Counted from the first letter of the stretch, positions 28,696-40,642 are shown. The stretch is 64,000 nt of DNA from an uncultured Chloroflexia bacterium (GCA_963768655.1 CAVYIM010000004.1:640001-704000); one strand, 5' to 3'. Translations and numbers: made by a program. The notes: generated by a model not told the origin, from the sequence alone.

Positions 28696-29250
28696 CTACG
28701 CGGCCACCCCGACCCGGCCGGCTTCCAGGCCGGCGGCGAATACGCCCAGGTCCGCCTCGATGATCTCCGGCCGTTTCCGGGCGGAGATCTCGCGCAGCGC
28801 GGCCTGGACCGAGGCCGGGGTCACCCAGCCCAGCCGCGCCACGAGGGCGCCCAGGGCCACGATGCTGACGAGCTTGTCGTCGCCGCCTTTGGCCGCAAGG
28901 TCCGTGCAGGGGAGACGCAACTCATCGATGTCGGCCCGGGCGGAGGTCTGCGAGGTGACGAGGGACGTGTTCACGATGAGCAGCCCGCCCGGGGCGACCC
29001 GTGGGCCGTACTTGCGCAGCGACGGCAGGTTCATCGCGATCGCGGCGTCGAACTGATCGACGACCGGGGAGCCGATCGGATGATCCGCCACGATGACCGT
29101 GCACGAGGCCGTGCCGCCCCGCATCTCGGGACCGTATGACGGGATCCAGAAGACCTCCAGGCCATCCTTGATCGCGGCGCGGGCGAGGACCTGGCCGGTG
29201 AACAGCAGGCCCTGGCCGCCGAAGCCGGAGAAGATGACGGAACGCTCCAT
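28696..29250 (-). CDS. 2-oxoacid:ferredoxin oxidoreductase gamma subunit
   Basis: SGFGGQG, PSYGPEMRGGTA. Confidence 0.93.
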   Translation of the reverse strand: MERSVIFSGFGGQGLLFTGQVLARAAIKDGLEVFWIPSYGPEMRGGTASCTVIVADHPIGSPVVDQFDAAIAMNLPSLRKYGPRVAPGGLLIVNTSLVTSQTSARADIDELRLPCTDLAAKGGDDKLVSIVALGALVARLGWVTPASVQAALREISARKRPEIIEADLGVFAAGLEAGRVGVAA

Positions 29251-29251
29251 C

Positions 29252-30103
29252 TCAGGCCTCCGACTCGGCGGCTGCCGATGCGTGGCTCGGCGCGGTCGTG
29301 GACGTGGCCGCCACGGTAGCGACTCCGCGGTCGATGATGACCCCGAGCGGATACGCCTCGACGACCGGGCCCTTCAGGTGCTCCAGCAATTCCTGAGCGG
29401 TCATGCCCCAGCCGACCGGGCAGTTCGACAGCGCCTCGACCAGGGCAAAGCCGCCGCCCTGCATCTGGACCAGGCAGGCCCGCTTGATCATGGCCTTGAG
29501 CTTGCCGATCAGCGACGCGTCGGCGATGCTGCCGCGGGCCGCGTAGGTGACCCCGGGCAGCTGGGCCAGCATCTCCGTGATCCGGATCGGATAGCCCATC
29601 AGGGCCGCGTCCCGCCCGTTCGGCGAGGAAGTGGTCTTCTGGCCCAGGAGCGTGGTCGGTGCCATCTGGCCGCCGGTCATGCCGTAGATGCCGTTGTTGA
29701 CGAAGATCGCGGTGATGCGCTCGCCGCGCGCCGCGGCATGGACGATCTCCGCCGTGCCGATCGCGGCCAGGTCGCCGTCGCCCTGGTACGTCAGCACGAA
29801 CGCCTCCGGTCGAACCCGGCGGATGCCCGTCGCCACGGCCGGAGCCCGGCCATGGGGGGCCTCCACGAAGTCGACGTTCAGGTAGTCGTAGGCGAAGACG
29901 GCGCAGCCCACCGGGGCCACGGCGATGGTGTGGGCCGGTAGATCCAGCTCGGTCATCACCTCCGCCAGCAGCCGATGGACGATGCCGTGGCCGCAGCCGG
30001 GGCAGTAGTGGGTGGACCGGTCCAGCAGCACGTCCGGCTTGCGGTAGATCAGCCTTGGAGCCCCCGGCCGCGCCGTCAGCTCGGGGTTCGGGTTGAGCGT
30101 CAT
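29252..30103 (-). CDS. 2-oxoacid:ferredoxin oxidoreductase beta (TPP-binding) subunit, VOR/KOR type
   Basis: YCPGCGHG, PVGC, HGRAPA, QGDGDL, NNGIYGMTGGQ, SNCP. Confidence 0.93.
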   Translation of the reverse strand: MTLNPNPELTARPGAPRLIYRKPDVLLDRSTHYCPGCGHGIVHRLLAEVMTELDLPAHTIAVAPVGCAVFAYDYLNVDFVEAPHGRAPAVATGIRRVRPEAFVLTYQGDGDLAAIGTAEIVHAAARGERITAIFVNNGIYGMTGGQMAPTTLLGQKTTSSPNGRDAALMGYPIRITEMLAQLPGVTYAARGSIADASLIGKLKAMIKRACLVQMQGGGFALVEALSNCPVGWGMTAQELLEHLKGPVVEAYPLGVIIDRGVATVAATSTTAPSHASAAAESEA

Positions 30104-31374
30104 CGCTCGCCTCCGTCGCGTACGCTCGCGGGGATGCCGGCCTCGGCCCGGTTGGTTCGTTCCGGCGGACCGTCGACCGCCGCCCGGTGATGCCCGGGCT
30201 GACCTTCGCCGCGACCGGCGTGCCGCTTCTGCTGCTGCTCGCGCTCGCGCTCGCGTGTGCGCTCGACCTTGCCTGCCAGCGCCTTGAGCGCCCCGACGAC
30301 CTCGTCAGGGGTCGGCACCAGGCCGCCCATTCGACCGTGGAAGCCGACCGGGCAGCGACCTTCGACCGCCAGGCGGACGTCCTCGACCATCTGGCCCGAC
30401 GAGAGCTCGACCGCGAGGATGGCGTGCGCGTGCCGGGCGACTCGGGCCAGCTCACGGCTCGGGAACGGCCACAGCGTGATCGGGCGGAAGAGGCCGGCCT
30501 TGATGCCCCGGGCACGGGCCTTCTCGATGGCGCTCCGCGCCACGCGCGCGGCGGTGCCGTAGGCGACCAGGACGTACTCCGCGTCGTCCATGCGTTCGGT
30601 CGCCCAGCGGGTCTCCTGGCGCGCGATCTCCGCGTACTTGCGCTGGAGGGCGATGTTGCGCTTCTCGAGGACCTCCGGCACGAGGTCGATCGACTTGATG
30701 ATTCGCGCCGGACGCCCGGCGGCCCCTGTCAGGGCCCAGTCGAAGGCGTGTCGTTCCGGGTTGCGGAAGCGCAGCTCCACCGGCTCCATGGCCTGTCCCA
30801 GGATCCCGTCCACGACGACCATGACCGGCGTGCGGTACCGCTCCGCCAGCTCGAAGGCCGTCGCCATCAGCTCCATCGCCTCGCCGATCGAGGCCGGGGC
30901 CAGCACCGGGACGCGGTAGTCGCCGTGGCCGTGGCCCTTGGTGGCCTGGAAGTAATCGCTCTGCGAGGGCCCGATGCCGCCCAAACCCGGCCCGGCGCGC
31001 ATGACGTTGACGAGCACCATCGGCGTACCCGAGCCGGCCATGTAGCTCATCCCCTCGGCCATCAGGCTGATGCCCGGGCTCGAGGAGGAGACCAGGACCC
31101 GCGCGCCCGTGGCGGCAGCGCCCAGGGCCATGTTGATCGCCCCGAGCTCGCTCTCGGCCTGGACGAAGGCGCGCTCCAGCTCCGGCATCCGGCGGGCCAT
31201 CCACTCCAGCAGCTCGGCCTGCGGAGTGATGGGGTAGCCGAAGTACGCGTCGCAGCCAGCCTGGATCGCCGCCTCGGCGATCGCCTCGTTGCCCTTCATC
31301 AGGACCCGAGAGCGGCGACCGGCGTCTGCCTCGGACGAGACCGGAGTGATGTCCATGTCGGGCGGTTCGGTCAT
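30100..31374 (-). CDS. 2-oxoacid:ferredoxin oxidoreductase alpha subunit (2-oxoisovalerate type)
   Basis: MKGNEAIA, FGYPITPQ, QAESE, SSSSPGISL, RAGPGLG; start trimmed. Confidence 0.93.
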   Translation of the reverse strand: MTEPPDMDITPVSSEADAGRRSRVLMKGNEAIAEAAIQAGCDAYFGYPITPQAELLEWMARRMPELERAFVQAESELGAINMALGAAATGARVLVSSSSPGISLMAEGMSYMAGSGTPMVLVNVMRAGPGLGGIGPSQSDYFQATKGHGHGDYRVPVLAPASIGEAMELMATAFELAERYRTPVMVVVDGILGQAMEPVELRFRNPERHAFDWALTGAAGRPARIIKSIDLVPEVLEKRNIALQRKYAEIARQETRWATERMDDAEYVLVAYGTAARVARSAIEKARARGIKAGLFRPITLWPFPSRELARVARHAHAILAVELSSGQMVEDVRLAVEGRCPVGFHGRMGGLVPTPDEVVGALKALAGKVERTREREREQQQKRHAGRGEGQPGHHRAAVDGPPERTNRAEAGIPASVRDGGER

Positions 31375-31658
31375 CTGGCACGCTCCTCTCGCGGCGTTCG
31401 CGGCGCGGCCCAGACCGTGAAGACCGAATCCGGGCAGATGCGGGCGCAGAAGGCGCAGCTGGTGCAGGCCGAAGCGTCGGTCAGCGCGATGGGATGGTAG
31501 CCGAGGACATTGACCTTGCCTCGATCCAGGGCGAGGACCGACTTGGGGCACGCGGCCACGCACAGCTCGCAGCCCTTGCAGCGTTCCTCGGCGATGACGA
31601 GGGGCGTCCACGGAACGGGAGGCCGAGGCAACCGAATGGCAACTGGACTGATCGCCAT
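31371..31658 (-). CDS. 2-oxoacid:ferredoxin oxidoreductase delta (ferredoxin) subunit
   Basis: CKGCELCVAACP and CTSCAFCARICP. Confidence 0.92.
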   Translation of the reverse strand: MAISPVAIRLPRPPVPWTPLVIAEERCKGCELCVAACPKSVLALDRGKVNVLGYHPIALTDASACTSCAFCARICPDSVFTVWAAPRTPREERAR

Positions 31659-31779
31659 CTGTATTCACTTTCTGTTGCGGAGCCCGAACGCCGAACACGC
31701 CACTGGCCGCCGGGCCCGCGGCGGTCCCGCAAGCGGGACTTGTTGCTCGTAGCCTCCCGCTCGCCATATCGAGAGGCAA

Positions 31780-31793
31780 GGGCCGAAGGACCC
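31780..31793. promoter_or_regulatory. DosR-like box in divergent promoter region
   Basis: GGGCCGAAGGACCC (reverse complement GGGTC-CTTC-GGCCC). Confidence 0.45.
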
Positions 31794-31966
31794 ATCGGCC
31801 GGAGCGGGAAGTACGACGTCCCATTACTCGGCCGGGTGGGCGTTTCTCGGCCCGGTGGGCGCCTCAGGGCGCCGGCACCGATGCGATGGCATACTGCCTG
31901 CAGGTTGCGTCGGAAACATCGGGCCCTGTTCATGAGGCCGGGCGGACCGCACCCTGGAGGGCCTTC

Positions 31967-33190
31967 ATGACAGACGACAGTCGCTCACCGAACAGGCACG
32001 AGACGTTTACCAGGGCGCCCGCCGTCCCGTTCGATCCCGATGCCAGGCCGCCCGTGCCGGTTCGGGCCGCTTTCCCCGGCGAGGAGCAGCCGCAGGGTTT
32101 GCGCCTGGCGGATCTCGGTCCGGCGGGCGAAACCGAGCCGAACATCCGGCCGGCCGTGCTGGGCGAGCCGTTCGACGATCCGGTCGCGCCCGGGAGTGTC
32201 CGCTGCATCGCCTGCGCCCACCGCTGCGTCCTGCGACCGAGCCGGATCGGCATCTGCGGCGTCCGCCAGAACCGGGGCGGCTCGCTGTACACGCTGGTCT
32301 ACGGCCAGGCAGTCGTCACTCAGGCGGAGCCGATCGAGAAGAAGCCGTTCTTCCATTTCCTGCCTGGTAGCTACGCCTACTCGGTCGCGACGCAGGGCTG
32401 CAACTTCCACTGCGCCTACTGCCAGAACTGGCAGATCTCTCAGGCGCACCGGGAGGGGCGCGTGCCGGAGAGCCGGTACGTGGAACCGGAGACGGCAGTG
32501 CAAGAAGCGGTCGCCGCGGGCGTTCGAAGCATCGCGTACACGTACGTCGAGCCGACGGTCTTCCTCGAGTACGCCCTGGACACCATGGTCCGGGCGCTGG
32601 CGGCCGGCCTGCGGAACGTTTTCGTGACCAACGGCTACGAGAGCCCCGAAGCGCTCGATCTGCTGGTGCCGTACCTGGACGCGGCCAACGTCGACCTCAA
32701 GGCGGCGACCGACGACTTCTATCGCCACGTCTGCGGCGCCCGGTGGGATCCCGTGCGCGACACCGTCGTGGCGATGCACGAGCGGGGCATCTGGTTGGAG
32801 CTCACGACCTTGATCATTCCCGGCCTCAACGACGATCGCGGCGACATCCGCGCCATGGCCGAATGGATCGCCACGGCGGTGGATCCCGAGACGCCCTGGC
32901 ACCTGACGCGTTTCCAGCCGGCGTACCGGCTCTCGGGGCTGGCGGAGACACCGGCGGCCACGCTCGTCGACGCGGCCGCGATCGCCCGGGAGGTCGGCCT
33001 GCGCCACGTCTACGTCGGCAACGCGCCCGAGGTCGAGTCCGCCACCACGACCTGCTCCGAATGCGGTGAGCGGCTGATCGGCCGCTCCGACTTCGCGGTC
33101 ACCGAATGGCATCTGGTCGATGGACGCTGCCCACGCTGCGGGCACTCACTGGCGGGCGTCGGGCTGGAGGAGGCGCCGGTCGTCGCCTGA
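31967..33190 (+). CDS. AmmeMemoRadiSam-type radical SAM enzyme
   Basis: CIACAHRC..GICGVRQN, EPIEKKP, CNFHCAYCQNWQISQ, YTYVEP, C-terminal CSEC/CPRC; GGAGG RBS before ATG 31967. Confidence 0.9.
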   Translation: MTDDSRSPNRHETFTRAPAVPFDPDARPPVPVRAAFPGEEQPQGLRLADLGPAGETEPNIRPAVLGEPFDDPVAPGSVRCIACAHRCVLRPSRIGICGVRQNRGGSLYTLVYGQAVVTQAEPIEKKPFFHFLPGSYAYSVATQGCNFHCAYCQNWQISQAHREGRVPESRYVEPETAVQEAVAAGVRSIAYTYVEPTVFLEYALDTMVRALAAGLRNVFVTNGYESPEALDLLVPYLDAANVDLKAATDDFYRHVCGARWDPVRDTVVAMHERGIWLELTTLIIPGLNDDRGDIRAMAEWIATAVDPETPWHLTRFQPAYRLSGLAETPAATLVDAAAIAREVGLRHVYVGNAPEVESATTTCSECGERLIGRSDFAVTEWHLVDGRCPRCGHSLAGVGLEEAPVVA

Positions 33191-33298
33191 GAGGCGGGCT
33201 ATCCGCCGAGTGGCGCGACCAGCACTGCGGCCACCGCCGGCGAGCAATTCCGTCGGCCCACTACCGGTGGGCATATCTGACAGGGCGACTCGGGCGCA

Positions 33299-33485
33299 TT
33301 TCAGTCACCTACGTCCGGTAGGCGTGTCGGCCGCAATGTCGGACACAGATGGCTCCGATTCGGGGGTCGCCCGGGCACAATCCGAAGCCGTCCTGAGCGT
33401 CAGCGACTCCGCGACCGGCCGGTCGACGGTGGCCCGGGATCCGCAGGTCGTGTCCGACACGCCTGGTAGTGGTAGATGGCGGAAA
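33299..33485. repeat. REPIN/MITE-like inverted doublet 2 of the 28-bp repeat family
   Basis: 33299-33326(-) CACGCCTACCGGACGTAGGTGACTGAAA and 33458-33485(+) CACGCCTGGTAGTGGTAGATGGCGGAAA. Confidence 0.75.
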
Positions 33486-33555
33486 CGCGCCGCCCCTGGT
33501 GCGTCTCGGCGCGGCCGGGTCCTCGGCGCGGTCGGGTCATCGGCTCGGTCCTGCG

Positions 33556-33614
33556 GCGTCCTTCGGCCCGCCTCTCGCCCCGGCCGGGTGGGGCGTAGTT
33601 GGGACCTTCGGCCG
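33556..33614. promoter_or_regulatory. DosR-like boxes upstream of the hyp operon
   Basis: GCGTCCTTCGGCCC (33556) and GGGACCTTCGGCCG (33601). Confidence 0.45.
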
Positions 33615-33731
33615 CATGTGCGGGCCTCTCGGCAGGCGGAAACCGGAGCGGTCGGGTGTGAGATAGACGCGGGCGGTTACGCTTTGCGCACGCCCCGGCA
33701 CATGGACCGGGTCCAGCGGAGGTTCGATCGG

Positions 33732-34070
33732 ATGCATGAGGCAGGTCTGGCACGAAACGTGGCAAAGACTCTCAAGAGCCGCAGCCTGACGCTGGCCCAG
33801 GTGCGTCTCAGCGTTCGGGGCGGCCACCGCGATCCCGCCGAGTTCGAAGCCGATCTGCGGGCCCACCTGGCCCAAGCGATGCCCGATCAGGCGAGGGCGG
33901 TGCCGGGCCTCGAGATCCGGCGGGCCCCGTTCGGCCATCTGTGCCCGGGCTGCGGCAACGAGTTCGACTCGCCGCAGATCGCCGCGTCGTGCCCGCGCTG
34001 CCATGCCGAGTCGCTGCCCGAGCTGACGGACGAGGAGATCGACATCGAACGGCTGGAGCGCTATCCGTGA
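33732..34070 (+). CDS. hypA: Hydrogenase nickel metallochaperone HypA (divergent)
   Basis: N-terminal MHE, CPGC...CPRC, position at head of hyp operon. Confidence 0.8.
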   Translation: MHEAGLARNVAKTLKSRSLTLAQVRLSVRGGHRDPAEFEADLRAHLAQAMPDQARAVPGLEIRRAPFGHLCPGCGNEFDSPQIAASCPRCHAESLPELTDEEIDIERLERYP

Positions 34071-36463
34071 CCTCGGCGGGGCCGGGGGAACGCGTCGCCC
34101 GCAGCCTCGAGGTTCGAGGCGTGGTTCAGGGCGTCGGCTTCCGGCCGTTCGTGTGGCGGCTTGCCGCTGAGCTCGGCCTCGACGGCACGGTCATCAACCG
34201 CGCTGGCCAGGTCGAGATCGAGGTCGCCGGTTCGCCCGAGGCGGTCGAAGCATTCGCGGGTCGAATCCGGACCGACGCACCTCCGCGCGCCCGGGTGGAA
34301 GAGATCCTGGTTCGGCCGATCGAGCGGGCGCCGGCGCCCGGTTCCGGTTTCACGATCGCGGAGAGCGAGGCCGTCGCCTCGACGGAGCGTCTGTTCCCGC
34401 CCGACATCGCCACCTGCGACGACTGCCTGCGCGAGCTGTTCGACCCGAACGATCGGCGCTACCGCTACCCGTTCACCAACTGCACCAACTGCGGTCCACG
34501 GGCCACGATCATCGACGAGCTTCCGTACGACCGGGCGCGGACTTCGATGCGCGAGTTCCGGCTGTGCGCCGCCTGCGAGGCCGAGTACCGCGACCCGGCC
34601 GACCGCCGCTTCCACGCCGAGCCGGTCGCGTGCCCCGACTGCGGGCCGCAGCTCTCCTACCGGCGTCCCGACGACGCAGCCCCGGCGGCGCGCCGGGAAG
34701 CGGCATTGGCGGCCGCGCTGGCGGATCTCCGCGCCGGGCGGATCGTGGCGATAAAGGGCCTGGGCGGCTATCACCTCGCCTGCGACGCCACCGATCCCGC
34801 CGCGGTGGCCCGGCTGCGCGACCGCAAGCATCGCTGGGCCAAACCGTTCGCGGTGATGGTTCGGGACGTCGCGGCGGCGCGGGCTCAGGCCGAGATGTCG
34901 GCCGAAGAGGAGGCGCTTCTCGTCTCGCCCGCCCGGCCGATCGTGCTGGTGGAGCGGCGCCGCGACGCAGAGCCGCCGCTCGCCGATGGAGTGGTCACGG
35001 CGGAGCCCGAAAGGTCGGCAGCTCTGAACCGCCGTGTCGGCCTCTTCCTGCCGTACACGCCGCTGCACCACCTGCTGCTCGAGGGGTTGGGCCGACCGAT
35101 CGTGCTGACCAGCGGCAACCTTTCGGACGAGCCGCTGGCCACGGACGACGCCGAAGCGCTCGAGCGGCTGGCGGGCATCGCCGACTCGTTCCTGGCCCAC
35201 GACCGCGAGATCCGGGCCCGCTACGACGACTCTGTCACGCGGGTCGTGGACGGGCGCGAGAGCCTGATCCGGCGGGCCCGCGGCTACGCCCCGGAGCCAC
35301 TTGCGTTGCCGATCGCCGTGCCGGAACCGCAGTCAATCCTGGCGGTGGGCGCCGAGCTGAAACACACGTTCGCGCTGGCGCGCGGCGGTCGGGCGCACGT
35401 GGCCCCGCACACGGGCGACCTCGAGGATCTGCTTACGTATCGAGCCTTCGAGACGAACCTGGCGCACCTTAAGCGGCTGCTCGACCTCGAGCCGGCCTAC
35501 GTCGCCCACGATCTGCACCCCGCATACCTCTCGACCCAGTACGCCGCCCGAGCATTCCCGGAGAGCCGGCGCATCGGCGTCCAGCACCACCACGCTCACG
35601 TGGCGTCGGCCGCGGCCGAGGCGGGGCTGACGGGCCAGTTCATCGGCGTCGCGTTCGACGGGCTGGGAATGGGCGACGACGGGACGTTCTGGGGTGGCGA
35701 GGTGCTCGTCGCCACTCTCGCCACTTACCGGCGGGTGGCGCGGTTCGGGCACGCCCGCATGCCGGGTGGGGCGCTGGCGGTCAAGAAGCCGTACCGGATG
35801 GCCCTCGGCTACCTGCTGTCCGCCGAGGCGTTCGAAGCTGACGCGCTCGCCGGCGAGGCTTCTGTGGCCGACTGGATCGACCCCGAGCTCGCACGCGCCT
35901 TCCTCGAGCGCCTGGACCCGCGCGAGGTCGAGGTCGTTCGAGTTCAGCTGGCCCGCGGGCTCAACGCCCCGGTCGCATCTTCGGCCGGCCGCCTGTTCGA
36001 TGCCGCGGCGAGCCTGCTCGGGATTCGCGACGTGGCCGAATACGAAGCCCAGGCCGCCGTCGAGTTGGAGTTGCTGGCGGAGGAGGGGAGCGTCCGTCCG
36101 CTCCCGTACGAGATCGTTCGGCAGGGAGATCTCCTCGTCTACGACCCGCGGCCCACCCTGCGCGCTCTCCTCGAGGGCCGCGCCGGCGGTGCGACTCCGG
36201 AGCACCTCGCCGCTCGCTTCCAGGAGACCATCGCCGCCGTCACCCGCCAGCTGTGTGGCGACGTGCGTGCGGCCACCGGCCTCGCCACGGTCGCCCTCTC
36301 GGGCGGCGTCTTCCAGAATCAGTGGCTGGCTACGACCCTCGTCCGCCGCCTGGCCCGCGACGGCTTCGAGGTCCATACCAACGAACGCGTCCCGGCGAAC
36401 GACGGCGGGATCAGCTACGGTCAGGCGGCGGTCGCGGCCGCGCGTCTGGCCGGCGCGTCCTAG
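34067..36463 (+). CDS. hypF: Carbamoyltransferase HypF
   Basis: [10 protein letters not shown], Zn fingers [34 protein letters not shown]. Confidence 0.97.
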   Translation: MTSAGPGERVARSLEVRGVVQGVGFRPFVWRLAAELGLDGTVINRAGQVEIEVAGSPEAVEAFAGRIRTDAPPRARVEEILVRPIERAPAPGSGFTIAESEAVASTERLFPPDIATCDDCLRELFDPNDRRYRYPFTNCTNCGPRATIIDELPYDRARTSMREFRLCAACEAEYRDPADRRFHAEPVACPDCGPQLSYRRPDDAAPAARREAALAAALADLRAGRIVAIKGLGGYHLACDATDPAAVARLRDRKHRWAKPFAVMVRDVAAARAQAEMSAEEEALLVSPARPIVLVERRRDAEPPLADGVVTAEPERSAALNRRVGLFLPYTPLHHLLLEGLGRPIVLTSGNLSDEPLATDDAEALERLAGIADSFLAHDREIRARYDDSVTRVVDGRESLIRRARGYAPEPLALPIAVPEPQSILAVGAELKHTFALARGGRAHVAPHTGDLEDLLTYRAFETNLAHLKRLLDLEPAYVAHDLHPAYLSTQYAARAFPESRRIGVQHHHAHVASAAAEAGLTGQFIGVAFDGLGMGDDGTFWGGEVLVATLATYRRVARFGHARMPGGALAVKKPYRMALGYLLSAEAFEADALAGEASVADWIDPELARAFLERLDPREVEVVRVQLARGLNAPVASSAGRLFDAAASLLGIRDVAEYEAQAAVELELLAEEGSVRPLPYEIVRQGDLLVYDPRPTLRALLEGRAGGATPEHLAARFQETIAAVTRQLCGDVRAATGLATVALSGGVFQNQWLATTLVRRLARDGFEVHTNERVPANDGGISYGQAAVAAARLAGAS

Positions 36464-36511
36464 CGGCCGCGAAGCAGCCTCGCGGCAGCCTCGTGGCAAG
36501 GAGATCATCGA

Positions 36512-36828
36512 ATGTGCCTCGGCATCCCCGGCAAGGTGGTGGAGATCAACGACGACGGTCCGCTTCGAATGGCCCGCGTCGATTTCGGTGGGGTGCGCAA
36601 GGAGGCCTGCCTCGCCTACGTGCCCGAGGTCCAGCTCGGCGACTACGTGATCGTCCACGTCGGCTTCGCCATCAGCCAGCTCGACGAGGAAGAGGCGCGC
36701 AAGACGCTCGAGATGCTGCGGGCCATCGACGCGGAGGGCGTGGCGCTGGAGCTCGGCTCGATGGGCGACGAGGCGGCGGCTTCGCAGCCGGCTGCGGCGG
36801 TGCCCCCACCCGCCGCGGGAGCCTCCTC

Positions 36829-36832
<4 letters not shown>
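36512..36832 (+). CDS. hypC: HypC chaperone
   Basis: [18 protein letters not shown]. Confidence 0.97.
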
Positions 36833-37961
<1,129 letters not shown>

Positions 37962-37965
<4 letters not shown>

Positions 37966-39071
37966 GCGAGCGACGCGCCCCCGTTCCGGCGGCCGCCCCC
38001 GATGCGGTGGCATCGGCGGGGCCGGATCCAGCAAACCTCGTCTGCCCGGCGCCGATCCCCGAGCGGGCGCGCGTGCTGCTGGGCCACGGCTCCGGCGGCC
38101 AGCTCTCGGCGGCGCTGATGCGCGACGTCATCGGCCCGGCGCTGGCGGCGGCGGCACCCGGCGGTCCATTGAACGATGCCGCCGTGGTGGAGGTGGCCGG
38201 CCAGCGGCTCGCCTTCACGACCGACTCGTTCGTCGTCAGCCCGCTCGAGTTCCCCGGCGGCGACATCGGAGAGCTGGCGGTCAATGGCACAGTCAACGAC
38301 CTGGCGATGATGGGCGCCCAGCCACTGGCGCTGTCTCTGGCCTATGTCATCGAGGAAGGCCTGCCGATTGAAGACTTGCGGCGGGTCACCGAATCGGTGG
38401 CCAGGGCGGCCGGCCGAGCAGGCGTTCGGATCGTCACCGGCGATACCAAGGTGGTCGGTCGGGGAGCGGCAGACAGGCTCTTCGTCAACACCGCCGGCAT
38501 CGGGGTCGTGGCTCCGGGCGTGACTGTGGCGGCCGATCGAGCGGCCGCAGGAGACGCGGTCATCCTTTCCGGGCCGATCGGGCTCCATGGCATCGCCATC
38601 ATGAGCGTCCGCGAGGGCCTGGACTTCGAGGTCGAGATCGCCTCCGACACCCAGCCGCTGAACGGCCTGGTCGCCGCGATCGTCGCCGCATGCCCGGACG
38701 TGCACGTCCTTCGGGACCCGACACGCGGCGGCCTGGCGTCGGCCCTGAACGAGATCGCCGCCGCCTCCGGCCTCGGCATCGAGCTGCGCGAGGAAACGAT
38801 CCCCATCCCGGGTCCCGTGCACGCCGCGTGCGAGATGCTTGGCCTGGACCCGCTCCACGTCGCCAACGAGGGCAAGCTCGTGGCTCTCGTGCCCGCTTCC
38901 TCGGCCGGGGCTGTCCTGGCCGCCATGCGCGCCGTCCCCTCGGGAGCCGAGGCGGTGGAGATCGGCCGTGTGGTCGCGGACCATCCGTCGATGGTCACGC
39001 TGCGCACGATCGTCGGCTCGCAGCGCATCGTCGACATGCTCGTCGGAGAGCAGCTGCCGCGCATCTGCTAA
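37962..39071 (+). CDS. hypE: HypE
   Basis: [24 protein letters not shown]-terminal PRIC. Confidence 0.97.
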
Positions 39072-39084
39072 GCAACGCGTTGAA

Positions 39085-39116
39085 GATGGCACGCTCGCAT
39101 GGGCGAGCGTGCCATC
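39085..39116. terminator. Perfect 14-bp hairpin after hypE (no U-tract)
   Basis: GATGGCACGCTCGC-ATGG-GCGAGCGTGCCATC. Confidence 0.6.
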
Positions 39117-39222
39117 ACACGCGCCCTGACCTATCCAGATGTCGAGTCGCCCGACCCGGCCGGTGCCGGGCGAGTAAGCCCGAGGTAAGCCCCGTGCAAT
39201 CGGTGCGCTGCATCCTGGCTGC

Positions 39223-40095
39223 GTGGAACCGTTGCAGGCGGGCAGAGTCCTTCGAGCCGTTCGGCGCCGTCGCGGACTGACGCAGGTAGAGCTCGCCGCG
39301 CTGGCTTCGGTGGCTCAGCAGACCGTCTCGCTGCTCGAACGCGGCAAGGCCGACGACTCGACCTTGCGCACGATCAAGAAGGTCGCCGCCCCACTGGGGA
39401 TCACCGTCGGCGTGGTTCTCCGATGGAAAGGACCCGAGCTCGATCGGCTCTTGGACGCCCGACACGCCGGGCTCGTGAAGGCAGTCGTGTCCCGGCTCGG
39501 CGAGGGTTGGCAGGTTGTCGTCGAGTACACGTTCAATCGCTATGGCGACCGCGGATCGGTGGATGTCCTGGCCTGGCACGCAAGCGCACGAGCGCTCCTC
39601 CTGATCGAGGTCAAGTCGGAGCTGGATAGTGTCGAGGCCGTGCTGAGATCGATGAACACGAAGTCGAGGGTCGTGCCGGAGCTGCTGGCCAACGATCCAG
39701 GCTGGCACGCGAAATCGATCGCGTCGATTCTGGTGCTGCCGGACGAGTCCACGGCACGCCCCGCAGTCGATCGGATGAGCCCGGTCTTCGACGTTTCCTT
39801 CCCTGGGCGGACGGTAGCGATCCGCAGGTGGCTTCGGAAGCCCGCCGAACACCTGCGCGGTGTCTGGTTTCTGGCAGATACGCGTACCAGGCGTGTTGCA
39901 CGCAACCCGGGCAGCGCAGGACGGGTCTGTCACCCAGGTCGAATCGGGATCCACGCTCGCGAAGAAGCTGCCCCGTCGACACAAGGGCCGACGGTGACTC
40001 CTCATCGACCCAACCTGCAGCCAACACGCCTACCAGGCGTAGCTGACGGAAACGGCCGCGGTTCCGCGCCGGATACCACCGCCAGGCGTAGCTGA
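39223..40095 (+). CDS. XRE-family HTH protein with C-terminal PD-(D/E)XK nuclease-like domain
   Basis: LTQVELAALASVAQQTVSLLERG; VEYTF...GSVDVLAW...LLIEVKS (E..D..ExK); low-complexity tail runs into the repeats. Confidence 0.75.
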   Translation: MEPLQAGRVLRAVRRRRGLTQVELAALASVAQQTVSLLERGKADDSTLRTIKKVAAPLGITVGVVLRWKGPELDRLLDARHAGLVKAVVSRLGEGWQVVVEYTFNRYGDRGSVDVLAWHASARALLLIEVKSELDSVEAVLRSMNTKSRVVPELLANDPGWHAKSIASILVLPDESTARPAVDRMSPVFDVSFPGRTVAIRRWLRKPAEHLRGVWFLADTRTRRVARNPGSAGRVCHPGRIGIHAREEAAPSTQGPTVTPHRPNLQPTRLPGVADGNGRGSAPDTTARRS

Positions 40096-40108
40096 CGGAA
40101 ACGGCCGC
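40025..40108 (+). repeat. Tandem pair of the 28-bp repeat family (period 49 bp)
   Basis: CCAGGCGTAGCTGACGGAAACGGCCGC identical at 40033 and 40082. Confidence 0.9.
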
Positions 40109-40186
40109 CGTTCCGGGCCGCGGTTCCGGGCCTCATACCGCGACTGTCGGCAACGGACGGAACGGCTCCGGCCCAGCCGGCTTCCC

Positions 40187-40240
40187 GGGCCATTCGGCCC
40201 GCACCCAGGGGACTCCTGTCCCTATGCGCAACTGCGCATA
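40187..40240. promoter_or_regulatory. Two DosR-like boxes plus putative ArsR operator
   Basis: GGGCCATTCGGCCC (40187), GGGACTCCTGTCCC (40209), perfect inverted repeat TATGCGCA-AC-TGCGCATA (40223-40240). Confidence 0.6.
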
Positions 40241-40258
40241 TATCCAACACTGCACGGC

Positions 40259-40642
40259 ATGGACGAGGTCTACAAGCTCCAGGCGGAAGTCCTGAAGACG
40301 CTCTCGAATCCGCGGCGGCTGGAGATCATCCACCTCCTCGCCGACGGTCCTCGTGAGGTCTGCAGGCTCGCCGAGGAAATGGGCATCAGCCAGCCCAACG
40401 TCTCGCAGCATCTGGCGCTCATGCGCTCAGCCGGAGTCGTCGAGGCGGAGCGCGATGGGCGCGAGGTGCGGTATCGGCTGAGCGATCCCGAGATCATCTG
40501 CGCCTGCGAGACGATGCGCGGCGTCCTCGTGCGCCGGCTATCGCGCATCTCGGCGGTCGCCACGCGCACCCCTGCCGAAGTCGTGGCCGGGCGCGCTGCG
40601 GCCGCCGCCGCCCAGACCGCCGCCGACCGGCCATCCAGCTGA
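40259..40642 (+). CDS. ArsR/SmtB family regulator (Cys-containing, possible persulfide sensor)
   Basis: LSNPRRLEII, SQPNVSQHLA, RDGREVRYRL, IICACE. Confidence 0.92.
   Translation: MDEVYKLQAEVLKTLSNPRRLEIIHLLADGPREVCRLAEEMGISQPNVSQHLALMRSAGVVEAERDGREVRYRLSDPEIICACETMRGVLVRRLSRISAVATRTPAEVVAGRAAAAAAQTAADRPSS

Noticed and set aside
33120-33731. N-terminal extension of the 316-aa ORF containing HypA
   Set aside because: HypA requires an N-terminal MHE, and the upstream part coincides with a repeat doublet and promoter boxes
39223-40095. Calling the HTH-nuclease gene an IS element
   Set aside because: No DDE, HUH or recombinase motif, and no matching repeat or target duplication upstream of the gene
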